DNA from: the human T2T-CHM13v2.0 reference genome, Homo sapiens
Assembly (NCBI RefSeq): GCF_009914755.1
Contig: NC_060937.1
Reading direction: 5' to 3' (one strand)
Length of the DNA stretch: 64,000 nt
The notes beneath the pieces were generated by a model. The model was not told where the DNA came from. It saw only the letters and a list, made by a program, of their open reading frames with translations, and made no database searches. A program made the translations under genes and the position numbers. Below are positions 52,701 through 64,000 of this stretch, in pieces. Numbering within the stretch: position 1 is the stretch's first letter; each line of letters starts with the position of its first letter.

Positions 52701-54260
52701 TTCGGATATAGGCATGGGCTGTTTCAACTGCAACATTCCAGGAGTGAGATTTTACTTCCATTTTATTCTGCCTGCCCCTATGCCAACAAACTAATCATCC
52801 TTATGTTATCAGTAAAGGCCTTTCTCCTTGGAATTACTTTTAGATTATCTCTTTTCACAATATGGAAACATCAATGATTAGAAGCATTGTGCCATTTGGT
52901 GCCTCAAATTGCTGGAATCTGAATTTATCCACAGTCTCTTCTATGTTCTAAGTTGCTATTATTTATTTTTCATAACTTCTGCCAAAAATGTTTCAACAAA
53001 GATACACGGGGGTTGAAGGACACTTCATTCATAAACAATGGCAGAAAAGATGGTAAAACACTCCTGGTATCTTTATGTGTTGCTTTTAGTTTTAGACTAC
53101 CATGAACAAAAATGAACATTTTTAAGTATTTGTAAGAACATGACATTCGAAGGAAAAACAATCTATGCTTTATTTTACCACATTAAATTAGATTAAACAC
53201 ATTAAATTTGTATATTAAGTTGTGTATTTTCATGTTAGTCCAATAACAAACGAATTCTCTCATATTCTGTTTGTTTTATCGTAGGGGGAGAAGGAAATTG
53301 GGAGTTACCCTACAGGGACCAAATTCACTGAAAGTTTCCTGACTGTTGAAAGAGAAAATTAGGTAATAGAATTATCTGCCTACTTTTACACTGAGGAATC
53401 ATTTATTTTAGTCCCTAGTCATCTAACACCAATAAATATAATCAAGCCTCTGCTGTTCTTAGCAGAGAGGTATTTTTTTTTTATTATAAAATAGTGTGGA
53501 GAAATGTTGGCATCTGTCAGCAATGTCACTAGCTCTAGTTTTTTGTTTTTCATTTCAATGCATTTGACCTCTTCATATAGATAGGCCATCCCTGAATAGA
53601 ATATATTCTCTCTACTTCTACCACGGTGCACAAAAAGAACAGGAATCTATGAGAGATGACCTTCATGACTCTAGATCCCAAAAGACCACCTCAGCTGCCC
53701 AATTAGAAACAACTCCAGAGCTATTTTTGAGGTCAAAATTACTTGACTCTCATAGGGCTCCCCATCTCACACCACACACACAATAACAGAAAGAAATGGT
53801 AAATAAAAATAAAAAGTTTAAGCAAGTAAACTCCTATCTAACAAAGGTAAGGAAAAATACAACAACAAAGTCCTCAAAAATATCTTCTTTCATTTGCAAC
53901 TCAGAAAACAGCATTAAAGAAAAAACTCAAGCAATTATTTGATTTTCCAAGTTATTTTGTTTCAAAAAATTAGTGACTAATAAATCACAACCCAAATCCA
54001 TCAGAAGGAAGGAAATAATGAAGATCAGAGCAGAACTAAATGGAATTGAAACAAAAATATATAAAAGATAAATGACACAAAAAGCTGGTTCTTTAGAAAG
54101 ATAAATAAAATTGACAGACCATTAGTGAGATTATCCAAGAAAAAAAGAGAGAAGATCCAAATAAGCTAAATTAGAAATGAAATGGAAGATATTATAACTG
54201 ACACCACAGAAATACAAGATTATTCAAGGCTACTGTAAACACCTTTATGTGCATAAGCTA

Positions 54261-54371
54261 TTAGATTAGTGAAAAAGTAACTGTAGTTTTTGCATTACTT
54301 TTAATGGCAAAAGTAGGCGCTTAGCAATGCCATTACTTTTAATGGCGAAAACTGCGATAACTTTTGCACAG
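54261..54371. mobile_element. MADE1 copy 3, internally duplicated, nested in L1
   Basis: TA at 54259-54260 and 54372-54373 splits L1 'gcataagcta|gaaaacctagag'; degenerate mariner TIRs at both ends. Confidence 0.88.
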
Positions 54372-54813
54372 TAGAAAACCTAGAGGAGACGGATAAATTC
54401 CCAGAAATGTACAACCCTCCTAGATTAAGCCAGGAATATATAGAATCTCTGAACAGATCAATAACAAGCAGTGAAATCGAAATGGTAATAAAAAAAATTG
54501 GTCAACAAAACAAAGCCCAGGGCCAGGTGGATTCACAGCTGAGTTCTATCAGACATTCAAAGAGTTTGTACTAATCCTATTGACACTATTCCCAAAGGCA
54601 GAGAAACAGGGAATCCTCCCTAAATCATTCTATGAAGCCAGTATCACCCTAATACCAAAACCAGGGAAGGACATAACAAAAAAAAAAGAAAACTACAGAC
54701 TAATATCCCTGAAAACCATAGATGTAAAAATCCTCAATAAAATACTAGCAAAATGAGTTCAACTGCATATCAAAAAGGTAATCTACCAAGATCAAGTAGG
54801 TTTCATACCAGGG

Positions 54814-55410
54814 ATGCAGGAATGGTTTAACACACCTAAGTCAATAAATGTGATACACCACCTAAATGGAATTAAAAACAAAAATCACATGATCATCTCA
54901 ACAGACGTAGAAAAAGCATTTGACAAAATCCAGCATCCCTTAATGATTAAAACCCTCAGCCAAATCGGTATAGAAGGGACATACCTTAAGGTAATAAGAG
55001 TCATCTACGACAAACCCACAGCCAACATTATACTGAATGGGGAAAAGTTGAAATCACTCCCCCTAAGAACTGGAACAAGACAAGGATGCCTACTTTCACC
55101 ACTTCTACTCAGCATAGTACTGGAAGTCCTAGCCAGAGCAATCAGACAAGAGATAAAAATAAAGGGGATGCAAATCGGTAAAGAGGAAGTCAAACTGTCG
55201 CTCTTTGCTGATAATATCATTGTGTACCTAGAAAACCCTAAAGACTCATCCAAAAAGCTCCTAGAACTGGTAAATGAATTCAGATTCAGCAAAGTTTCAG
55301 GATACAAAATTAATGTACACAAATCAGTAACACTGTTAATCACCAACAGTGACCAAATTGAGAACCAAAATCAAGAATTCAACCCCTTTCCAAATAGCTG
55401 CAAAAAATAA
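54814..55410 (+). pseudogene. Disrupted L1 ORF2 reverse-transcriptase fragment
   Basis: ORF has RT motifs [22 protein letters not shown] and LFADNII (catalytic FADD changed to FADN); frameshifts and stops on both sides. Confidence 0.93.
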
Positions 55411-58400
55411 AATAAAGTACTTAGGAATATACCTAACCAAGGACGTAAAAGACCTCTACAAGGAAAACTACAAAACACTGCTGAAAGAAATCATAGACAA
55501 CACAAACAAATGGAAACACATCCCATGCTCATGGATGGCTAGAAATTAATATTGTGAAAATGACCATACTGCCAAAAGAAATCTACAAATTCAAAGCAAT
55601 TCCCATCAAAATACCATGATGATTCTTCACAGAACTAGAAAAAATAATCCTAAAATTCACATGGAACCAGAAAAACAGCCTACATAACCAAAGCAAGACT
55701 AAGAAAAAAAAAATTGTGGAGGCATCACATTACCTGATTTCAAACTATACTATAAGGCCATAGTCACCAAAACAGCATGGTACTGTTATAAAAATAGTCA
55801 CATATACTAATGGAACAGAATAGAGAACCCAGAAATAAAGCCAAATACTTATAGCCAACCAATCTTCCACAAAGCAAACAAAAACATAAAGTGGGGAAAG
55901 GACACCCTATTCAACAAATGGTCCTCGGATAATTGGCTAGCCACATGTAAAATAATAAAACTGGATCCTCATCTCTCACCTTATACAAAGATCAACTCAA
56001 GACGGATCAAAGACTTAAATCTAAGACCTGAAATCATAAAGATTCTAGAAGGTAACTTTGGAAAATCCCTTCTAGACATTGACTTAGGCAAAGGCTTCAT
56101 GACCAACAATCTAAAGGCAAATGCAAAAAAAAAAAAGATAAATAGATGGGACTTAACAAAACTAAAAAGCTTCTACACAGAAAAAGAAATAATCAGCAGA
56201 GTTAACAGGACCACAGAGTGGGAAAAAATCTTCACAATCTATACATCTGACAAAGAACTAATATCCAGAATCTACAAAGAACTCAAAATAATCAGCAAGA
56301 AAACCACAAACAATCCCATCAAAAAGTGAGCTAAGAACATGAATAGACAATTCCCCAAAAAACATATACAAATCATCAACAAACATATGGAAAAATGCTC
56401 AACATCACTAAAGATCAGGGAAATGCAAATCGAAACCACAATGCGATACCACCTCACTTCTGCAAGAATGGCCATAATCAAAAAAATCAAAAAATAATAG
56501 ATGTTGGCATGGATGCAGTAAAAAGGAACATTTTTACAATGCTGGTGGGAATGTAAACTGGTACAGCCACTATGGAAAACAATAGGGGGATTCCTTAAAG
56601 AACTAAAAGTAGATCTACCTTTTGATCCAGCAATCCCACTACTGGGTATCTACCTAGAGGAAAAGAAGTCATTATATGAAAAAGATACTTGCACAAGCAT
56701 GTTTATAGCAGCACAATTTGCAATTGCAAAAATATAGGACCAGCCCAAATGTCTATCAATCAATGAGTGGATAAAGAAAATGTTATACACACCATGGAAT
56801 ACTACTCAGCCATAAAAAGGAACAAAATAATGGCATTCGTAGCAACCTAGATGGAATCGGAGACTACTATTCTAAGTAAAGTAACTCAGGAATGGAAAAC
56901 CAAACATTGTATTTTCTCACTCATATGTGGGAGCTAAGCTATGAGAACACAAAGGCATAAGAATGATACATTGGACTTTGAGGACTGTGTGGGGGTGTGG
57001 GGTTGGGGGAAGGGTTGAGGGTGGTGAGGGCTAAAAGACTACACATTGGGTACAATGTACACTGCTCAGGTGATGGGTGCACCAAAATCTCAGAAATCAC
57101 AGCTAAAGAACTTATTCATGCAACCAAACAATACCTGTTCGCCAAAAACCTATTGAAATAAAAAAAAAATTAAACAAAAATTTAAGTTACATTTTCAGTT
57201 TCAAACTTTTTCCTGAGCCCCAGACCCATGTATCCAGTTTACTTCTGTGTGTATATAGAGAGAGAGAGAGTGAAATTATACAGGTACTACAAATATTTCT
57301 TAAAACTAAGCTAATTACTTATTTCCCCCTAACCAGGTATGCCATCATCAAATAGCAGCTATTTAGAAAGTAACCTGTTCAACTATTTTCTTGCTGGTAT
57401 TCTAAGTATTTGTGCATATGTTTGCACGGGTGTGTGTCTTTCTGTGTGTGTGGATGCATTCATACATGTGTGGATTTGGGGAACAAACAGCCTGATCAAT
57501 AATCATAAAGAGAAAAGAAAGTTTACAGTGGAAGTTTTGGGGAGAGGATCACATGTATTGGGTATGGCTTTAACGCTGTGGGTAGGAAGTATTTACCAGT
57601 CTTTGTGGGGATACTGCCTTGATATGGCTGAACAGTGACTACTCTGAATACTCAGGAGACATGTGCTCTTACACAAAAACCTGTTGCCCACTCCTAATTC
57701 CATCTAAGAAGGGCTATTGATTTTTGTTATTTCGAAGTATATGCATAAAACTGATCATATGCTAACAACTGAAATGTCAACGCCAGGCATTACTTTGTTG
57801 AGATTGCTCACCCATTTACATTTTCCTGGTGCACGGTTCCGTCTGACACTTTAGACCTGCATGAATGTCATGATTTAGAATTCCTTTACTTTAGTGAGGA
57901 GCTTTGGTGGTAAACTCTGTTTTTGTTGAACTAAAAAAGATTTTTATCTTGCCCTCCTTTTTGAACCAAAATTTTCCTGGGTGTACATGTTCGAGACATT
58001 AGTTATTTTTGGAGGCACTTTGTCTCCTGGTTCCCAGGGACCCTTTAAAATGCCGATTGTTGGTCTGACAGTGGTCTTCTTATCAGCTACTTGTAAGACT
58101 TGACTCTTTATTGTTTTGCAGTTTTAGGATGTCTCTGGGTGTGAATTTCTTTTTTTATTTCCTTTTGTTGAGATTGGTGAGCCTCCTAAGTAGGAAGATT
58201 GGTGGATTTATCTTACTTAGTCTTCAAAATTCTTATCTATCTTTAATTTTTTCCTTCTGCCAATTATTCTCTCCTCTCTCTTGCAACATTCATTTGCTTA
58301 TGGAAGAGCCTCATCTGTCTACTTTCCATGCCTCTGGATCTCTTTTTCATATTCTTCATCTCCGTCCCTGCTTTTTAATGCTTATGGCTCTTATCACCTT

Positions 58401-58549
58401 CCTTAATAATATCTACAATTCTCAGGTCATTTCGTATCAATTATCAACACTCTGTACCTCAAACTGTACTTCAGGTTGAATAATGAATTTGTGCTTTACC
58501 TCTAAGCCAAATGAATTGGTCTGGTTTAGACTGGTCCCTTTTTCTCAAT

Positions 58550-59101
58550 CTCTGTGATTTCTAATAGTCCAGGGGCATTTTCAAACTCTATTTCTTGTCA
58601 TCACTTTAAATTATTATATTTCTGAAAACTCAAATCCCAAATTTTCATTCTTGTAGCTTTGTATTGCTCTAAACTCAGATTCCCTCACTCCCGCTCCACT
58701 ATTCTTTAACCTCATTGAAGCCTTCTTACCCTTGACCCACTCATCACTTCTTACCAGTGTTATTAAAATAATCCCACTGCCTTGAATCATTTCCCAATTC
58801 AAGTTCCTCTGCCTTAACACCACGAAAATGGTATTTCTATAACAAAAGTTGATTATGCCCTTCCCCTACTCAGATTGTTTGTTCAGTAGGTCCCCAGTCA
58901 AGGAAGGTAGTGACCTGAAATGTGACCGCTTCTCCAGATCATTATTCCACCTGCTCCATAAAGCTCCATGTTAGTGGAAACAAAACTACTTCTAGTTACC
59001 CATGTGCACCATTATTTCTCCTCTTCTCTGTGCATTTTCTTGTTAAGTATTTTATTTGGAATACCCCCCTCAACTAGCCAGCACTGACACACTGACACAC
59101 A

Positions 59102-59142
<41 letters not shown>

Positions 59143-59400
59143 TCAAACTTGTCTTCCTAATGCAGCCTCTTCATTGTTTAAGAATCCACTGAAGTGTCAC
59201 GTTCCCCTGGGAAGCCACCCACCAGGGTGAATCAGGAACCATTTCTTTGCTCCATACCATTCATTTATACTTCTTGCTTATAATTTGCATGTAATCTATT
59301 GCATTTATCTTTTTTTCCCACTAGATTGCTGCCTTATCAGTGGAGTGTCTTCTATCTTTGTCTTTGGTCTCAAGTAGCGTGTCTTCCACATTTTTGTCAT
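58550..59400 (+). mobile_element. L2 LINE fragments containing a (CA)n microsatellite (~59085-59138)
   Basis: Pyrimidine-rich L2-like text such as 'gattatgcccttcccctactcaga' and 'cccactagattgctgcctt'. Confidence 0.55.
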
Positions 59401-59809
59401 TTAAAAAGTTTAGATCTAAAATCATCCTTGTAATCCCTCAAACTAACATTTACTTATTTCTAGAGACCTATTCTCCCTCCTTCCCCTATAGCATTTATTT
59501 GGCATCTTTTTTTTTTGAAACATACAGTAGTCTAACTTGTATTATAGTAGAATTGCCTATCTCTCGTATTAAATAATAAGAACCTCCATGGCAGTGAATG
59601 TGTTTTTTTTCTTTTTATATGGTGCTTAGAGTGGTGCTTTCTAAATATATAAAATATAAAATCAATAATATATACTTTTAAATTTATAAATGACATGGAT
59701 TTGGCCGCCACTGAATTCTAAGTAATATATTCTTCTCTAAACATTTGGCTATAAACCAATTACAGGTGGTCCCTCACTTTTAAAAAAGTATAAATTGCCA
59801 AACATTTTC

Positions 59810-60023
59810 TTTTTTTTTTTTGAGATGTAGTCTCGCTCTGTTGCCCAGGCTGGAGTGCAGTGGTGCAATCTCAGCCACCACACCCAGCTAATTTTTTGTA
59901 TTTTTAGTAGAGACGGGGTTTCACCATGTTAGCCAGGATGGTCTCCATCTCCTGACCTTGTGATCCGCCTGCCTTGGCCTCCCAAAGTGCTGGGATTACA
60001 GGCATGAGCCACCGCACCTGGCC
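59810..60023 (-). mobile_element. AluSc/Y-type SINE with internal deletion in the right arm
   Basis: 'tagccaggatggtctccatctcctgaccttgtgatccgcc'; junction 'tctcagc|caccacacccagc'; TSD CAAA(C/T)ATTTTC. Confidence 0.93.
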
Positions 60024-60150
60024 AAATATTTTCAGTAAAGTAGAAGAAATTCTGAGTCTAATGAAGGCTTGAAGTAATATCTGCCTTTCAAATTAAGATG
60101 ATTTTGATAACGCAAACCATAGTCTCTTCACGTGATTTATAAAAATCTTA

Positions 60151-60426
60151 GGTTGGGTGTGGTGGCTCACACTTATAATCCCAGCACTTTGGGAGGTCGA
60201 GGTGGACGGATCACGAGGTCAAGAGATCAAGACCATCCTGGCCAAGATGGTGAAACCCCGTCTCTACCAAAAATACAAAAATTAGCTGGGCATGGTGTGA
60301 CCCTGTAATCCCAGCTACTCGGGAGGCTGAGGCAGGAGAATTGCTTGAACCTGGGGGCAGAGGTTGCAGTAAGCCGAGATTGCACCACTGCACTCCAGCC
60401 AGGTGACAGGGCAAGACTCTGTCTCA

Positions 60427-60470
<44 letters not shown>

Positions 60471-60508
60471 AAACAAAGAAACAAAAAAACAAACAAAACA
60501 AATAAACA
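60151..60508 (+). mobile_element. AluSc-type SINE with (CA)n/(CAAA)n tail
   Basis: 'gatcacgaggtcaagagatcaagaccatcctggcc'; TSD-like AAAAATCTTA / AAAAACTTA. Confidence 0.95.
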
Positions 60509-60599
60509 AAAAACTTACTGTTCATATGAATGGTTTAATTTCCTAATTATTTTCTACTTGTAGACACAGACTTGGCCATGATCTGAGAAAATTATCAAA

Positions 60600-60947
60600 T
60601 CTACAGTTAAAAAGCATGATTTTTAGGGCACAGATTATCTTTAGGCCATTGAAAAATACTCTGTGAGATACACTATAATGATGAATCCATGTCATTATAC
60701 CTTTGTCTAAACCCATGGAATGTACACCACCAAGAGTAAGCCCTAATGTAAACTATGGACCCTGGATGATGATGATGTGTTGATGTAGGTTCATCCACTG
60801 TAACAAATGGACCACTCTGATGAGGGATACTGACTCTAGGGGAGGCTGTGCCTTGCTGAGAGATGTGGTGTGTAGGAAATCTCTGTACCTTCTGCTCAAC
60901 TGCACTGTAAACCTAGAGTTTATCTAAAAATTTGTCTAAAAAAAAAG
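60600..60947 (+). mobile_element. L1MC-type 3' end
   Basis: 'gaatgtacaccaccaagagtaagccctaatgtaaactatggac...ggaaatctctgtaccttctgctcaac'. Confidence 0.88.
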
Positions 60948-62029
60948 TAAGGTTGCAAATATCAAAGGATTACTTTCTTCATTGCATAATTTTATTTGGG
61001 AAAAAATCCGTAAGTTGAACTCAGAGTTAATAAAAAACTATCTCTAGTCATTTTATCAGGAGCGGGATTGGAGCACCTCTCAAACAAGACGTTTTCAGTG
61101 CTATGAGCTTCTAAATTCTAGGAACTTTCAAAAAACATTCGCATTCCTCATCAGAGGAAATTTCTTGAGCAACTTTGTGTGGATTTGGGTTTCAGGATTT
61201 CTCACCAACTTCCAGCCACCCCACACTTGCCTTCCTCTGAATCTTACTAGCATTAAATGAAAACCTTTTCATCACTAGAAATGGGTGCTGGCAAATACAT
61301 TAAACTAGGCTGCATCATATACTTCCAATTTAATCTATAAAGCATATGCCTTATTGTTAGCTTGGGAAAGCACTTACATAGCTTGCTTTTACTTTCATAT
61401 CTTGCTGTTTATGACATATTCAAGGATGTAGAGAAGACGTTATCACAGAATGTCCAACAACCAAACTGGAGTCACGTCTTTTGCGAGTGGCCAACTGAAC
61501 TAGTAGCACAGGTAACTAAATATGAAAGGCCTAACAGAGAAGCTTCCTAACAAATAAAAGCACTCGGCATAATACTTTAACCAAGACATGCCACATAACC
61601 TGAGGATTAATTTAATTAGCATTACATAATGTTCTGTGAAAACTGAATTACCTCCCATCTCACAGTTTGAGATAACATCCTGTCATCCATCATCACTGGG
61701 AAAATCATGGGTTCTCCAGCCCAATTCACATTGAGGCAATTATGCCTAGCTAATAAGAAATGTCAAGGAATAAATATATTCTACAACACTAATTTTATAC
61801 ATATTTTAAGCCTGATACTTAACACCTGCTATAGCTCTACTCAGAAGAAGAAAAAAGATGATAAATAATAAATAAATCTACATAAATTTCTTATTTTTTT
61901 CAACTCTTAAACCCAATCCTGTAAATTTATTTCTATGGCTAAAATCTTTTAAAAAATTGTATGAGGATGTTATTAACACTTACTTCTGCTCCAAGAAAGA
62001 CTAAATTTATGAAATCTTCCTAGATTAAA

Positions 62030-62385
62030 AGAAGTCAGGGTTGGAGGAGGACAGCAGAAAAAGCTCTATTTTCCCATTAAAATCAAATCCTTCCTCTTGC
62101 CATTTTTGGACATGGAAGTTTTCTGACATATGCTGTTCTCTCCTCTCCCACTTTGGCAACCACTCTTCTCCTTCCCTTGGTGTCCCCTGGCCTGGACATC
62201 ACAGCCTGGCTGGGTGGCCATGATTGTGCTAGAGGTCCCGGGGTCACAGGGTGCTCCAGAAAGCATCCACATGGAGTCCTGGACCCTGGATTCAACTGCG
62301 TGGTGGTAGAACTCATTGTTTCCAGGACATGCTGCTAAGACAGAATAGAGCAGCCAATAAAGTATATCATCTACCAGCTTCCACA
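62030..62385 (+). mobile_element. Possible old LTR remnant
   Basis: GC-richer island ending AATAAA(~62356)...CA; family not recognised. Confidence 0.3.
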
Positions 62386-63649
62386 TTTTATTTAGCAGAC
62401 TTTTAAAAGTATTGAAAGCATGAACAGTGTTGCCTGTTAATGCTTTCTGTTAATAGGGAAAATTAACCCTGATAACTAGCAGATACACAAATACCTGGGA
62501 AAAGCATGGGAATCATTTTTTCTTTAAAATTGGAGTTGTATTGTTTTTAGCCATTTTGATATTCCCTGCTGGTATGTTTCATGCAGTTCTCAAGAACCAC
62601 ATCCATTAAAAATAACTTGAAAACAGAATTATTGTCACATAATTCACCTATTATGTATTATAATTTTAAAGATTCAAAAAACAAAAAATGTTAGCAAATT
62701 AACAGTAAAGAAATTTTTAAAAGGGAACTGTATTTATCTACATTTTCTAATGAAGAGATAATGATACCATTATTAGTTGTAAAAAGACACTCTCGTTTTA
62801 CAGAGGCTCAATGAACATGTTTACAATTGAAAGACTATTAGCTCAACTAAAGACTATGCTTTTTTGGCTAAGTATGTTTTAGAGATTTTAGAAACAAAAT
62901 TAACTTACATAAATCATTAAATATTAATTTAGAATTTTAACTTGATTTTTAACTTTGATATTTATATATTATTTAATGTGTCTACTATCTCAACTTAAAT
63001 GACTTAATTCATCTAAATTAACAAAACATATAACCCCCTCCTCACTTGTTGTGATACTACATATTTGGTTGAGTAATTTCTTTTCATTGAAAAATTGATT
63101 ATGTTGGTACTATATAACTATCATATGTCTTACAGTAACAAGACTTTGCAAATGAAATGTACTAAGATATTTCATTCTTGAAGAATGTTCAACTGTGTTT
63201 GAAGGTGGAGATAAATTCCAGTGACTCTTTTCATAACAGCACATAAAATTCATTCATCAGTTCCTTAGGGGACAAATGTTTCCTTTTTGTGTCCAAGGGT
63301 AATAGACCTGAATAGAAAACTAATGAAATAGAAATTGCTTTGTCCTACAGCCAAAAAAGACCTTTAGAAGGTATGTAGCGGATTTATCACCAGTGCTGGA
63401 AAAACACACAATTAAGGCCTCTTCAGCATTTGAGTCTTCGGTTAAAGGTTAAAAAGACCTTTAAAGATCTTCAAAGCAGAAAACCCTGCAGAAGCCTGTC
63501 AAGATAATCGTATTTTCATGTGTTTTGTTTTGTTGTCATTGTTGTTTTTCGTGTGTGGATTTTAATATCTCATACCACAGTTAAACCATAATTACTCATG
63601 CTAAATTCTCCATATCACCAGCTCAAGAAATATAATCTGTTTCAGAACT

Positions 63650-64000
63650 TAGAAAACAATACAAAGTATCATACAAACTGATCTTGACAATGTCATCACC
63701 TCATTACCAAGTTTCGTAGTGAATTCTCAGTTATCTTACTAGAGCTATTGGCATGATTTTCACAATTGATCCCTTCTTATTTCATGCACTTTCTTCATTT
63801 GGCCTCCTGGATACCACAGTGTCCTTTCCTTTCTCCCACCACTTCAGGTACTTTTGCTCATTCTCTGTTACTTATTCTCCTCAACTCCTTAACTTCTAAC
63901 CTCTTCTCTCTCTTCACTCCCTCCTTTGTGACTGCACCCACTACCATAGCTTCAGACATCATCTGTGTGCTGATGACTCCCAAATGTATACCTCTAGCTC
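63650..64000 (+). mobile_element. L2 LINE fragment
   Basis: 'ttctcagttatcttactagagctattggcatga...catctgtgtgctgatgactcccaaatgtatacctctagc'. Confidence 0.8.

Larger units (their letters stand above)
53985..57180 (+). mobile_element. 5'-truncated L1PB-type LINE (~3.2 kb; ORF2 3' portion, 3'UTR, poly(A))
   Basis: Continuous L1 ORF2 homology and L1PB-type 3'UTR 'gatgggtgcaccaaaatctcagaaatcacagctaaagaacttattcatg'. Confidence 0.97.

Noticed and set aside
54814-56329. Reverse transcriptase ORFs as an active or domesticated gene
   Set aside because: Ordinary decayed L1 ORF2: 5' truncated, frameshifted, catalytic FADD changed to FADN

Overview
AT-rich primate (very likely human) non-coding DNA, either intergenic or deep intronic. 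It is dominated by interspersed repeats: Alus, L1 fragments (including a ~3.2 kb 5'-truncated L1PB-type copy), L2, MIR, MaLR/ERVL LTRs and DNA-transposon relics (three MADE1, one MER85, MER3, MER5, Tigger3). I found no intact protein-coding gene; nearly all listed ORFs fall in repeats, low-complexity sequence or look like chance ORFs. The main non-repeat signals are: (i) a 5'-truncated processed pseudogene at ~8.71-9.66 kb whose parent I cannot name; (ii) a CpG-rich patch at ~50.1-50.4 kb with a near-consensus CTCF motif facing a second CTCF-like motif; (iii) a series of + strand exon-like units, including a 10-nt microexon-like unit and an AG|GT recursive-splice-like site; (iv) intact target motifs for two domesticated transposase fusion proteins, SETMAR (MADE1) and CSB-PGBD3 (MER85). 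None of this demonstrates a new biological system. Repeat subfamily calls and old-repeat boundaries were made by eye against remembered consensus sequences and are approximate.
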